Positions 10,742 to 23,369 of a stretch of DNA of 52,162 bases are shown piece by piece. This DNA comes from Octopus bimaculoides (Eukaryota). The DNA is taken from the NCBI RefSeq assembly GCF_001194135.2, contig NC_068982.1, positions 77,271,589 through 77,323,750 of the forward strand, read 5' to 3'. Each line of letters begins with the position of its first letter. Within the stretch, counting starts at the first letter, position 1. A program made the position numbers and the translations under genes. Under the pieces are notes generated by a model. The model searched no databases and had not been told where the DNA came from. It was given only the letters and a program-made list of their open reading frames with translations.

Positions 10742-11665
10742 NNNNNNNNNNNNNNNNNNNNNNNNNNNNNNNNNNNNNNNNNNNNNNNNNNNNNNNNNNN
10801 NNNNNNNNNNNNNNNNNNNNNNNNNNNNNNNNNNNNNNNNNNNNNNNNNNNNNNNNNNNNNNNNNNNNNNNNNNNNNNNNNNNNNNNNNNNNNNNNNNNN
10901 NNNNNNNNNNNNNNNNNNNNNNNNNNNNNNNNNNNNNNNNNNNNNNNNNNNNNNNNNNNNNNNNNNNNNNNNNNNNNNNNNNNNNNNNNNNNNNNNNNNN
11001 NNNNNNNNNNNNNNNNNNNNNNNNNNNNNNNNNNNNNNNNNNNNNNNNNNNNNNNNNNNNNNNNNNNNNNNNNNNNNNNNNNNNNNNNNNNNNNNNNNNN
11101 NNNNNNNNNNNNNNNNNNNNNNNNNNNNNNNNNNNNNNNNNNNNNNNNNNNNNNNNNNNNNNNNNNNNNNNNNNNNNNNNNNNNNNNNNNNNNNNNNNNN
11201 NNNNNNNNNNNNNNNNNNNNNNNNNNNNNNNNNNNNNNNNNNNNNNNNNNNNNNNNNNNNNNNNNNNNNNNNNNNNNNNNNNNNNNNNNNNNNNNNNNNN
11301 NNNNNNNNNNNNNNNNNNNNNNNNNNNNNNNNNNNNNNNNNNNNNNNNNNNNNNNNNNNNNNNNNNNNNNNNNNNNNNNNNNNNNNNNNNNNNNNNNNNN
11401 NNNNNNNNNNNNNNNNNNNNNNNNNNNNNNNNNNNNNNNNNNNNNNNNNNNNNNNNNNNNNNNNNNNNNNNNNNNNNNNNNNNNNNNNNNNNNNNNNNNN
11501 NNNNNNNNNNNNNNNNNNNNNNNNNNNNNNNNNNNNNNNNNNNNNNNNNNNNNNNNNNNNNNNNNNNNNNNNNNNNNNNNNNNNNNNNNNNNNNNNNNNN
11601 NNNNNNNNNNNNNNNNNNNNNNNNNNNNNNNNNNNNNNNNNNNNNNNNNNNNNNNNNNNNNNNNN

Positions 11666-11717
<52 letters not shown>

Positions 11718-11719
<2 letters not shown>

Positions 11720-11795
11720 CAGGATTCTTTCAGCTTCCGCCTACCAAATCCACTCACAAGGCTTTGGTCAGCCCAAGGCTGTTGTAGAAGACACT
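11718..11795 (-). mobile_element. SINE family B central fragment
   Basis: CTTTCAGCTTCCGCCTACCAAATCCACTCACAAGGCTTTGGTC matches the family B body. Confidence 0.8.
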
Positions 11796-12109
11796 AAATT
11801 ATTTAGATAAACAAATATAAACGTGTCTATAGTATAAACATATGCATGTATAAATACATTATATTTATTATGTATATATACACATTCATGTATTGTCAAT
11901 ATAAATTGCAGAAGTTCGAAACGCGAGGGAAAAAAATGAACATATATCATTACATAACACTGTTGAGAGTTCTGGTGTAGTGGATTTTATTTTATTTATT
12001 TTTTTCTTTCTTTTCTCCTTGTTATTTCATATTGTTTGACTCTGCAGCATTCACTGTTTCGTTTATTACATTCTCTGTCATTATTTGCAGTCAGACATTC
12101 TCTTCTCAC

Positions 12110-12620
12110 ACGCAAACGCAATCAGGCCATCCACCTCATAAAGATGTTGCTTGATGGCGTCCATAAGGACGAAGTTCCTGTGTCATCTGCGACAGTTTCC
12201 ACATTTCAGCTTGCTGTAGAGAACGGTATGGGTGATTTTAGTATTCTCCATGCGGATCATATATCTCACAATAAGCTAATGCAATTTCAAACAGGTCAAA
12301 CTCGGCAATAAACAAATTTAGACATGCAGGACGTCCTCGTTAGAAATGTATTCTCACCAACAAACGTTCATTATGGATCGTAACTGGCATAAGTAATATC
12401 TCATATTTTGTTATGCCAACGACACAATGTGTATGCCTCAGCGGAATTCAACAGATAGGATAAGTAACCTTGCGCGGTGAACTTCGAATTTTGTTGAGAA
12501 ATTTATGTTACATTGTGACCATAGTAGATCACTGAGTTTATCGAAAGTGACCACAACTAACTGCATGCGCATTTGGTGATCCACCGCATCTGGGCTATTG
12601 TCGAAGGGTTTGGATTGACT
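12110..12620 (-). mobile_element. Degenerate RTE-clade LINE ORF2 C-terminal fragment
   Basis: Minus strand: STKFEVHRA, W*EYISNEDVL, MIRMENTKITHTVLYSKLKCGNCRR, DAIKQHL. Confidence 0.7.
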
Positions 12621-12843
12621 GCAGTAGATTACAGTCCCACCAAACCCAGTTTATTACCCCTATCCTCTTTATAATGTATCGCATGATGTCAGAGTTTCGG
12701 TGTTAGCTCTGCCGGGAATCGTACATTTCAGCGCGTTCCCGACGACTGGCACCAATCACATTACAAGTATCTTGCTTGTAAGGTACATCAGAGAGAAGGG
12801 AAAAGAGAAGAGTAGAAGGGAGAGAAGGGAGGGAGAGAAAGGG

Positions 12844-12899
<56 letters not shown>

Positions 12900-13448
12900 N
12901 NNNNNNNNNNNNNNNNNNNNNNNNNNNNNNNNNNNNNNNNNNNNNNNNNNNNNNNNNNNNNNNNNNNNNNNNNNNNNNNNNNNNNNNNNNNNNNNNNNNN
13001 NNNNNNNNNNNNNNNNNNNNNNNNNNNNNNNNNNNNNNNNNNNNNNNNNNNNNNNNNNNNNNNNNNNNNNNNNNNNNNNNNNNNNNNNNNNNNNNNNNNN
13101 NNNNNNNNNNNNNNNNNNNNNNNNNNNNNNNNNNNNNNNNNNNNNNNNNNNNNNNNNNNNNNNNNNNNNNNNNNNNNNNNNNNNNNNNNNNNNNNNNNNN
13201 NNNNNNNNNNNNNNNNNNNNNNNNNNNNNNNNNNNNNNNNNNNNNNNNNNNNNNNNNNNNNNNNNNNNNNNNNNNNNNNNNNNNNNNNNNNNNNNNNNNN
13301 NNNNNNNNNNNNNNNNNNNNNNNNNNNNNNNNNNNNNNNNNNNNNNNNNNNNNNNNNNNNNNNNNNNNNNNNNNNNNNNNNNNNNNNNNNNNNNNNNNNN
13401 NNNNNNNNNNNNNNNNNNNNNNNNNNNNNNNNNNNNNNNNNNNNNNNN

Positions 13449-13901
13449 TCAATCGAGAGTTCTACTGCGACGTTTTGAAGAGTTTGAGGAAGGACATTTG
13501 GCAAAAGTGACCGGATCTGAGGAGCGCGAAGAATTGGATTTTTCGCCGAGCTCTCCCTGCTCGTGAGTTTCTCGCCAAAAACAACATGGTATCGCTTCCG
13601 CACTCACCCTATTCGCCAGATTTAGCACCTGTAGACTTCCATCTCTTCCCCAAGGTGAAAATGCAACTCAAAGGTCGCTGTTTTAACACCGTTGTCGAGA
13701 TCCAGAGCAAACAGCAGAAGGTCTTCAACTCGCTTACAGAAAACGACTTCCAGGTCAGATTCCAAAAGTAGCAGGAACGCTAGGACAGCTGTATTGCTGC
13801 GCAAGGTGACTATTTTGAAGGAGATGAGGTTAAAACTTAGGTAAATAAATTATTTTTTATTTACCATAACTAGTCCGGGAACCTTTTGATACCACCTCAT
13901 A
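13449..13901 (+). mobile_element. Mariner transposon 3' part (transposase pseudogene plus right TIR)
   Basis: NREFYCDVLK..REFLAKNNMVSLPHSPYSPDLAPVDFHLFPKVKMQLKGRCF..FQK*QER*DSCIAAQGDYFEGD, containing the YSPDLAP.D motif. Terminal AGTCCGGGAACCTTTTGATACCACCTCATA resembles a mariner TIR. The 5' part lies in a gap. Confidence 0.92.
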
Positions 13902-15756
13902 CATAACTAAGGGTTAAAAAAAATTAGGGATACTAGAAGTGGAATGCTTTTGATCAGAGGTCTGCTTAACTACGGTTGATTTGGGGTTAAAAAAAACAAG
14001 AACGACGATGACTACAGCGACGACGACGACGACGACCAACCACAGGAGATAATTCCACCATCAGCATATGAGAGAATTCGTATTTCTAAACAGTAACATT
14101 TAATTAAGGAGGACGTTATAACAATCACTAACGACGGGGGTGGCCACTAAGTGCATCTTACAATCTTATCTAAAGCCCTATCGTAGTTATAGATATATTC
14201 TTAATTTGAATGTTAATTATTTCAGTATTACTGTCGTTGTTGTTGTTGCTGATGACGTCGTCGTCGTCGTTGTTGTTATTGTTGTTTTTTTATTGTTGTT
14301 TATTGTTGTTGATTATCTACTTTACTGAGCAGGTGTCAGGCCATTGATGGTATTTGTACGAGAGTTGGAAGGATATGTTACGTCTGATGGTGTTATTTAG
14401 CCCCAAGTCATCTTTGATACAGTAGACATATGACGTCTAGTCATCACGTAAATTTGTATGTACGGCTATGTCCATACGTGTGTGCATGCGCGCGCGTGTT
14501 TGTGCATGTATGTGTTGTGGTGAGGGTGAGTGTGTGTGTGAAGTACTTATCTATCTACCTTTTGTGTGTATGTATTTGTGTATATGTGTAAGTGAGTGTA
14601 AAAGTGTATGTGTGTATATATGTGTATTTGAGTGTGTGAGATTTGTATGTCTATGTGTATTTGTATGTTTATTTATCTACCTTTTGTATGTGTGTGTGAG
14701 TGCGTGTGTACGTGCGTGCGTGCGAGCGTGCGTGCGAGCGTGCGCGCGTGTGAGATATTTATTTGTATGTTTATTTATTTACCTTTCTAACAGGTGGCAC
14801 AGTGATTGACAAAACCTTTAGGTCGGACTCACAAACCTATTGTGGTTGCTAAGGTAATAAATTACAATTCCGAAAGATCAGAAAATTAAATTTCAATAAC
14901 AAAATTAGCGAACGTTGACAATTTAATTAGTTAAAAAAGAGAATATTAAGGAAAAGACCAATACATCGATCCATGTTTATCACAGGTGTTTGGCTGAAAA
15001 CAACAAAGCACCGTGTTAAATGTATAAATGATAACGGAATAATAGAACACAGGAAAAAATATGCTTCATTTGGAGACCCCAAGTTGTCCCACCACTAAAC
15101 AACACCCCAAATATATTGATATTGTTCCATGACCGCAGTAATATTCAAAGTAAAATTTGGTATGATCAATAAATAATAATATAACAACGAAAAATATTTT
15201 TTCTATTCATTGGTCCCATGTTGATTGATGGCGACGTGTACGCAAATCCGTATTAAACATAAAATTAAAAAACGTAGACCCGCAGCACGGTGATGTAATC
15301 ACGAGTGATAATCAATGCATTCTGTGCAGCTGAGCAATGTGGATGGTCGCTGGGTTGCACTTTAGTCCAAGCAAAATCTTTGACTGATTGCTAATTCGTG
15401 GATGGGGTTAGAGGGATTTGTTAGTGATTTGTACAAAGTACAGCGTACCGCCAGTGACCAGATATTAACTTTGTTGCAGAAAAACTGATACGTCTTTTCT
15501 AGTCATAACTGCAAGTGGGTGGTAAACTTTATTCGTCGTCCGGTTTAACATCATCACCAGCACCTAAGTTGCCTTTAGCAGAGTCCATTGTGTTTTTTGA
15601 ATGTATTCGGACAAGGTGTCCATTTTGAGTATCGGAGGCTCTGTAAAGGGACATAGGTAAAGCCTTCGTTCATGATACCATTCGTAACATTTTTATTCAA
15701 CTCTTAAAATGCAACGCTGTCTAACTATCCACTATCTACTCTCTCTTTCTCCTTCT

Positions 15757-15795
15757 ATCTATCTATCTATCTATCTATCTAGCTAGCTAGCTAGT
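15757..15795. repeat. Compound (CTAT)n-(CTAG)n microsatellite
   Basis: The unit switches from CTAT to CTAG. Confidence 0.9.
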
Positions 15796-16423
15796 CGTCT
15801 GTTGGTTTTCTTAGCTACATGTCCGTGATTTGTCACAAAAATCTGTTATGTGAGAATGTTAGATGATATTTGATTGATATAAAATGATAATTCAGAAAAG
15901 AGGAGGACTTACGTCTTTATCGGTAAACCAGATTCTGAAATATAATATAAAGCAAGTGAGTGGATTGTTCATGTAAACCTAACACACATGCATTTTCCCC
16001 AGGCTCTCTTCTTTTTTTTTTTTATCTCCTTTCTTCTTTTCCTAGTCAGTCTTGGATTTTCCTCTAGTATTCGATGAAGGACTATATCCAAAACGTTGCA
16101 ACTTTTACTCTATAACTTTTATTCCTTCCCTGAGCATCAGCCTACTAATATTAGCTCTGAATGATCTTAGTACTTTTTTTGTTTGTTATTTGTATTTACT
16201 TTGGGTTTGGAGAAACTTTAGTGTGCCGCGCTACACAAAACAAAAACAAAAAATTCTATTAGTAATTGCATGTGAGAACATTATTATTCTTTTTNNNNNN
16301 NNNNNNNNNNNNNNNNNNNNNNNNNNNNNNNNNNNNNNNNNNNNNNNNNNNNNNNNNNNNNNNNNNNNNNNNNNNNNNNNNNNNNNNNNNNNNNNNNNNN
16401 NNNNNNNNNNNNNNNNNNNNNNN

Positions 16424-16720
16424 AACTCAGGACGTAAAGATAGACGAAATACCGTTAAGCATTTCGCCCCGCGTGCTAACGTTTCTTATTTCTTTATTGC
16501 CCACAAGGGGCTAAACATAGAGGAGACAAACAAGGACAGACAAAGGGATTAAGTCGATTACATCGACCTCAGTGCGTAACTGATACTTAATTTATCGACC
16601 CCGAAAGGATGAAAGGCAAAGTCGACCTCGGCGGAATTTGAACTCAGAACGTAGCGGCAGACGAAATACCGCTAGGCATTTCGCCCAGCGTGCTTAACGA
16701 TTCTACCAGCTCGCCGCCTT
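16424..16720 (-). mobile_element. SINE family A, near-intact copy plus second head-to-tail copy running into gap
   Basis: Reverse complement begins GGCGGCGAGCTGGTAGAATCGTTAAGCACG, has B-box-like CTGAGTTCAAATTCC and body GAGGTCGACTTTGCCTTTCATCCTTTCGGGGTCGATAAA; a second body starts after the tail. Confidence 0.9.
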
Positions 16721-18720
16721 TGCTAACATTTTTATTTTCATTTTCACAGCAAGTTCAGTAACATTTGCTTTAAATTCACAATGCTGTTATTAACATTTCG
16801 TATAAAATTTGATTAATTTCTTCGACTTTTTTAAACGTGCAAAACTTCCTAGAAATTAATGTCTGTAACTCTGTAACCTTTTTTATTTTTCATTTCTTTC
16901 TTCTTTTCCTTTTTCTCTTTCTTTCTCTCTTTTTCCTTATTCTTTTTTCCTTTCTTTTTTTTTGCTTTTGACAAATTTTCCAAAAATTCTGACTTCTTTT
17001 GCTGAAATTGCACAGCATAACTCCAAGAATATTAGTAAAAAATAACAAAATAACTTGTTTTTTAACTTTATCATTATAACTGCGGGGTAAAATTTGATTC
17101 ATAAATAGCATCTAGTTAAGCTAAAAAAAAAAAAAGAATGGTAATTAACTAATTAATGAAAAATAATAACGATTCAGTGTTATAGAATTACTAAAGACCT
17201 ATTCAGTTCAAATCAATATTTAATTTCTATGAATGCTACCAATTTTCTTAGTTTATTATAAAATTAATTTCTAAGACACATATTCACATCTTCCACCCGA
17301 CTCCCATCTCCATCATCGCCAATTTTATGAATTTCAATTGATTTAACTATGACAAGTCTAACTGAATAAGATTTGTGACTCAAAACCCAGTAAGGTTAAC
17401 ATTTTCGTATATTGTTTGGGTTTGTTCCTGCTCCATGACTAAACCGATAAACCCCTTCCTCTTTTCTATCAAACCGATGACTCACGCCGAGACACTCTGA
17501 CATTTTCGCTCCTACATTCATCTCAACTTCCTTTATTTTCCTTTATTATTTTCTTTCATTCTTTCCAAACTATATCCCCTCCCACCAAATGGAGAGCCTT
17601 ACTGGGCAAGCATTAAGGCTTTACGTTATTATTTGTAATTGATACTTTCTCTTCGAACTGCTCCATCCATCATACATTCAAATCTTTACTATCTACCCAC
17701 CACTCCCAAAACATCTAAGAACCAATAGCCATCCATCCATGATATGTCTCACAACAATCCACTCACTGTTTTGCACCATTTTAGAATCTAGTTTCTGTAT
17801 GCAAACGTCTAAAACATTTTCTCCCTTTTCCATAATATCGTTCTGTATCGATCCAACATCACCCTCTCATTGCACGTTGGAACCTTTCTGTGTTACATAA
17901 CAGATCTTTGGAACAAATCACGGACATGTAATTTAAAAAATAAAACAATAAATAGAAACACAGACCAAGATATATATATATATATATATATANNNNNNNN
18001 NNNNNNNNNNNNNNNNNNNNNNNNNNNNNNNNNNNNNNNNNNNNNNNNNNNNNNNNNNNNNNNNNNNNNNNNNNNNNNNNNNNNNNNNNNNNNNNNNNNN
18101 NNNNNNNNNNNNNNNNNNNNNNNNNNNNNNNNNNNNNNNNNNNNNNNNNNNNNNNNNNNNNNNNNNNNNNNNNNNNNNNNNNNNNNNNNNNNNNNNNNNN
18201 NNNNNNNNNNNNNNNNNNNNNNNNNNNNNNNNNNNNNNNNNNNNNNNNNNNNNNNNNNNNNNNNNNNNNNNNNNNNNNNNNNNNNNNNNNNNNNNNNNNN
18301 NNNNNNNNNNNNNNNNNNNNNNNNNNNNNNNNNNNNNNNNNNNNNNNNNNNNNNNNNNNNNNNNNNNNNNNNNNNNNNNNNNNNNNNNNNNNNNNNNNNN
18401 NNNNNNNNNNNNNNNNNNNNNNNNNNNNNNNNNNNNNNNNNNNNNNNNNNNNNNNNNNNNNNNNNNNNNNNNNNNNNNNNNNNNNNNNNNNNNNNNNNNN
18501 NNNNNNNNNNNNNNNNNNNNNNNNNNNNNNNNNNNNNNNNNNNNNNNNNNNNNNNNNNNNNNNNNNNNNNNNNNNNNNNNNNNNNNNNNNNNNNNNNNNN
18601 NNNNNNNNNNNNNNNNNNNNNNNNNNNNNNNNNNNNNNNNNNNNNNNNNNNNNNNNNNNNNNNNNNNNNNNNNNNNNNNNNNNNNNNNNNNNNNNNNNNN
18701 NNNNNNNNNNNNNNNNNNNN

Positions 18721-18965
18721 CAGCGTGAGACGGTGTGACAAGGCTGACCCTTTGAATTACAGGCACAACAGAAACAGGAAGTAACAGTGAGAGAAAGTTG
18801 TGGTGAAAGAGTACAGCAGGGTTCGCCACCATCCCCTGCCGGAGCCTCGTAGAGCTTTAGGTGTTTTTGCTCAATAAACACTCACAACGCTCGGTCTGGG
18901 AATCGAAACCGCGATCCTATGACCGCGAGTCCGCTGCCCTAACCACTGGGCCATTGCACCTCCAC
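18721..18965 (-). mobile_element. tRNA-Arg-like SINE (family D)
   Basis: Reverse complement head has A-box TGGCCCAGTGG, TCG anticodon-like loop and B-box GGTTTCGATTCC, followed by a non-tRNA body without a proper acceptor stem. Confidence 0.8.
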
Positions 18966-19282
18966 GGTGTGACTACTATGTCAAGCATGAAGAGACTACC
19001 TCGTTGGCTCCAGAGCTTCATATTATTGAATATTGTTGATGGCGAGTGTTTACACTACAGGTCCTATAAGAGAAGGGTTTAGTCGGTACAGGGACGACCA
19101 AAATACCGAAGAAGAGATCCGTGAATATCTGGAAGTCCTTTATAAACTAAGAAAAAACCCTCACAACACTGTCAAAATTTTAACATGAACCCCGAACTCC
19201 ACGGGTCCTAAAAGCAGTCTAGTTCCGCCTTGTAATATTTCTCTCGGATAATGAAATTCTAAGGCGATGTTTGTTATTGCCG

Positions 19283-19400
19283 TTGTTTAGCCCCACATCA
19301 GCCCTTATCGATCAAGATCTATGATAGAAGGGGTTCTAGCTGTGGACAGTTCGTATTTTTGTAGATCAGTGATTACGTTGCCCGTATATCATCAACATCA
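19283..19400 (+). mobile_element. Interspersed repeat family C (GTTGTTTAGCCCC..GATC..CTATGAT)
   Basis: Related sequence recurs at about 14390, 20858-20910, 33420-33560, 37500-37890 (-) and 50250-50380 (-). Confidence 0.55.
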
Positions 19401-19409
19401 TTCATCGTC

Positions 19410-19557
19410 TAAGGCGGTGAGCTGGCAGAACTGTTAACCGAGGTCGACTTTGCTTTTCATTCTTTTGAGGTCGATGAAATAAGTACCAGTTGAGCACTGG
19501 GGGCAATGTAATCGACTCACCCTCCCAATTTCAGGCCTTATGCCTTTAACAGAAAGG

Positions 19558-19609
<52 letters not shown>
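19410..19609 (+). mobile_element. SINE family A, internally deleted, with (ATT)n tail
   Basis: AAGGCGGTGAGCTGGCAGAA head joined to GAGGTCGACTTTGC body, ending GAAAGG(ATT)n. Confidence 0.85.
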
Positions 19610-20310
19610 NNNNNNNNNNNNNNNNNNNNNNNNNNNNNNNNNNNNNNNNNNNNNNNNNNNNNNNNNNNNNNNNNNNNNNNNNNNNNNNNNNNNNNNNNNN
19701 NNNNNNNNNNNNNNNNNNNNNNNNNNNNNNNNNNNNNNNNNNNNNNNNNNNNNNNNNNNNNNNNNNNNNNNNNNNNNNNNNNNNNNNNNNNNNNNNNNNN
19801 NNNNNNNNNNNNNNNNNNNNNNNNNNNNNNNNNNNNNNNNNNNNNNNNNNNNNNNNNNNNNNNNNNNNNNNNNNNNNNNNNNNNNNNNNNNNNNNNNNNN
19901 NNNNNNNNNNNNNNNNNNNNNNNNNNNNNNNNNNNNNNNNNNNNNNNNNNNNNNNNNNNNNNNNNNNNNNNNNNNNNNNNNNNNNNNNNNNNNNNNNNNN
20001 NNNNNNNNNNNNNNNNNNNNNNNNNNNNNNNNNNNNNNNNNNNNNNNNNNNNNNNNNNNNNNNNNNNNNNNNNNNNNNNNNNNNNNNNNNNNNNNNNNNN
20101 NNNNNNNNNNNNNNNNNNNNNNNNNNNNNNNNNNNNNNNNNNNNNNNNNNNNNNNNNNNNNNNNNNNNNNNNNNNNNNNNNNNNNNNNNNNNNNNNNNNN
20201 NNNNNNNNNNNNNNNNNNNNNNNNNNNNNNNNNNNNNNNNNNNNNNNNNNNNNNNNNNNNNNNNNNNNNNNNNNNNNNNNNNNNNNNNNNNNNNNNNNNN
20301 NNNNNNNNNN

Positions 20311-20548
20311 NAGGTGCTAAGACTCTACACCCTGAGATTAGGTGGTCTATAGTTTCAATCGCATCGTTACAGAATCGGCATTTTGGGTCAGCTCCATTTT
20401 TTATCACATTGGCTTGGTAGTTCCGGGTTAAAAAGCTTTGGTCTTGAGCAGCCAATATGAAACCTTCACTCTCTGCTTTTAGCCCTGAGCTTCGTAGCCA
20501 TTGATGCGTGCGTTTCTGGTCGATATCAGCTTGTTTGCTACGAGCCAC
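20311..20548 (-). mobile_element. R4/Dong-clade non-LTR retrotransposon fragment (zinc-knuckle region)
   Basis: ORF track: WLRSSGLKAESEGFILAAQDQSFLTRNYQANVIKNGADPKCRFCNDAIETIDHLISGCRVLAP (CCHC knuckle). The truncated 5' end abuts (TAA)n. Confidence 0.88.
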
Positions 20549-20571
20549 ATATTATTATTATTATTATTATT

Positions 20572-20807
20572 GAGTGAGAGAGCGGCGCATGCCATCAAAG
20601 TGACACTGGGGTAAAATATACGAAGACCATTATACCCATCATGACTACCCATTTGATACGGGTACACCAGGTACATACATCACAACCATATGTGCGCGGC
20701 ATGGTGATCTCGTATCAAGATAAACAGTGCATGACCTTGCAGGTGGGGGCCCAGTTAGAATTTTCTTCAGGTTCAATAGCCCATTCCGCTCAAAAGATTC
20801 CTGAATA
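20572..20807. mobile_element. Repeat family E, partial copy
   Basis: High similarity to the start of 24055-24580; begins immediately after (ATT)n. Confidence 0.8.
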
Positions 20808-20954
20808 CCTTTCGCGTTCTAATGTGCGGGAACATGTTAAAAATATATATTGACCCTTGTTGCTTAGCCCTAGATCCGCTCTTATCGATCAGATCTATGA
20901 TTGGAGGGGTTCTAGTCTTGAACAATCCACATAATTTATTACATTACCCCTCAT

Positions 20955-21035
20955 GCATCATTATCATCATCACGACCATCATCATCATTATGATCATCAC
21001 CATCGTCGTCATCATCATCATCATCATCATCGTCA
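20955..21035. repeat. Imperfect (ATC)n microsatellite
   Basis: CATCAT-rich run. Confidence 0.9.
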
Positions 21036-22436
21036 TTTCTTTTTCTTTTAACTCAGATTTTGCTCTAACTCCTGGAATCTTACATTTTGTTCTGTATTCT
21101 ACATTTCCTTGTTTTGGTGATGGTTGGTAATTTTTCTGTTATAGTTCTTTTCTCTATTTTACATATGCCCACATATATCCTATCGCTCAGTTTTTTTGCC
21201 CCCTCATTTCTCTCCTTATTGATTTCAATGCGACTGACACAGCTAGATTAAGTGATCCTGTCAAAAGGTGCCGAAGTCGCACTAATATTTAGCTGATAGG
21301 TGATGTAGAGAGTTTGGGATTTCACCAACGTCTGTTTTGTTCTCTCTCTCTCTCTCTCTCTCTCTNNNNNNNNNNNNNNNNNNNNNNNNNNNNNNNNNNN
21401 NNNNNNNNNNNNNNNNNNNNNNNNNNNNNNNNNNNNNNNNNNNNNNNNNNNNNNNNNNNNNNNNNNNNNNNNNNNNNNNNNNNNNNNNNNNNNNNNNNNN
21501 NNNNNNNNNNNNNNNNNNNNNNNNNNNNNNNNNNNNNNNNNNNNNNNNNNNNNNNNNNNNNNNNNNNNNNNNNNNNNNNNNNNNNNNNNNNNNNNNNNNN
21601 NNNNNNNNNNNNNNNNNNNNNNNNNNNNNNNNNNNNNNNNNNNNNNNNNNNNNNNNNNNNNNNNNNNNNNNNNNNNNNNNNNNNNNNNNNNNNNNNNNNN
21701 NNNNNNNNNNNNNNNNNNNNNNNNNNNNNNNNNNNNNNNNNNNNNNNNNNNNNNNNNNNNNNNNNNNNNNNNNNNNNNNNNNNNNNNNNNNNNNNNNNNN
21801 NNNNNNNNNNNNNNNNNNNNNNNNNNNNNNNNNNNNNNNNNNNNNNNNNNNNNNNNNNNNNNNNNNNNNNNNNNNNNNNNNNNNNNNNNNNNNNNNNNNN
21901 NNNNNNNNNNNNNNNNNNNNNNNNNNNNNNNNNNNNNNNNNNNNNNNNNNNNNNNNNNNNNNNNNNNNNNNNNNNNNNNNNNNNNNNNNNNNNNNNNNNN
22001 NNNNNNNNNNNNNNNNNNNNNNNNNNNNNNNNNNNNNNNNNNNNNNNNNNNNNNNNNNNNNNNNNNNNNNNNNNNNNNNNNNNNNNNNNNNNNNNNNNNN
22101 NNNNNNNNNNNNNNNNNNNNNNNNNNNNNNNNNNNNNNNNNNNNNNNNNNNNNNNNNNNNNNNNNNNNNNNNNNNNNNNNNNNNNNNNNNNNNNNNNNNN
22201 NNNNNNNNNNNNNNNNNNNNNNNNNNNNNNNNNNNNNNNNNNNNNNNNNNNNNNNNNNNNNNNNNNNNNNNNNNNNNNNNNNNNNATATATATACGTTTG
22301 CATTTATCAAAAGCAAAATATAAATATTCTAAAATCTGCAAACGTATATAATTTAGCTACCCCCTTTCTCTTTCTTTCTGTCTTTTCTCTTTCTCTCTCT
22401 CTTCTTTTTGTCTTTTCTTCCCTACTCCTTTCTCTT

Positions 22437-22492
<56 letters not shown>

Positions 22493-22975
22493 TGTGTACA
22501 TATATACATATATGCGTATACAAATGAGTATATATGCATATATATATGTGTATATATATACACTTATACATATAATATACATACATAGACACACACACAC
22601 ATATGCTTATACATTATGTGTGCTTATAGTGATAAGTAGACGTTAATGTATATTGAAGATTTTCGAAAAAATACGTTTATATTATATGTATATGTTATAT
22701 AAACATATATGTTTATATATGTATATAATTACGTGTCAGATGAAAACTTTTAACTTACAAAAATCTAAGCCATTCTGACGTTTGACTCCTAATACAGAGG
22801 TCAATGTATAATGTAGGACATGAACTTGCGGAGCAATTACGGCTATGAAGGGTATGTGTGGTGTGGTTGGGTAGTTATAGAGTACAATCAGCTTACTGAC
22901 TTGCCACTGCATTGATTTTCAGGTGATGCGCTACAATACGTAGTATGAAAAAATTACATTTAGTCGTTATTACAT

Positions 22976-23044
22976 CACCTCCATGCCAACGACGTCATTC
23001 ACCACCTCCATGCCAACGACGTCATTCACCACCTCCATGCCAAC
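22976..23044. repeat. Perfect 27-bp tandem repeat, about 2.6 copies
   Basis: Unit CACCTCCATGCCAACGACGTCATTCAC at 22976-23002 and 23003-23029, partial at 23030-23044. Confidence 0.95.
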
Positions 23045-23369
23045 CTGAAAATACTCCAAGTGAGACGTGTGTGTCCCTCTGTATGTGCGTCTGTCTCTTT
23101 ACAAAGGCGTGTACGTGTATAAAGTGACCGCTAGAAGGCATTTGAAGACTAAGCGGGGCACAAGAAGTTAGACTTTATCTATGATAGACCAGAGTTTTAT
23201 ATAAGGTTGTTTAGCGTGTTACATATAAAGGCAAATTTCCTATCTTTTTACCTTTGTACTTACTTGTTTTAATCCTTGGACTGCGGCTTTGCTGGGATAC
23301 CGTCTACGTTAGAAATCGTGGTCATGTTTATTATTATCGTGATTGTTGTTGTTGTTATTATTATTATTA

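Noticed and set aside
15280-15720. GC-balanced unique block that might be an exon
   Set aside because: Minus-strand frames are interrupted by stops, the ORF track shows none, and no motif is recognisable.
18890-18965. Apparent tRNA-Arg gene, and similar tRNA-like heads in families A and B
   Set aside because: A/B boxes are present but there is no complete cloverleaf or acceptor stem, and each continues into a repeated body; these are SINE heads.
22976-23044. CRISPR-like short direct repeats
   Set aside because: Units are contiguous with no spacers, there are no cas genes, and the context is eukaryotic.
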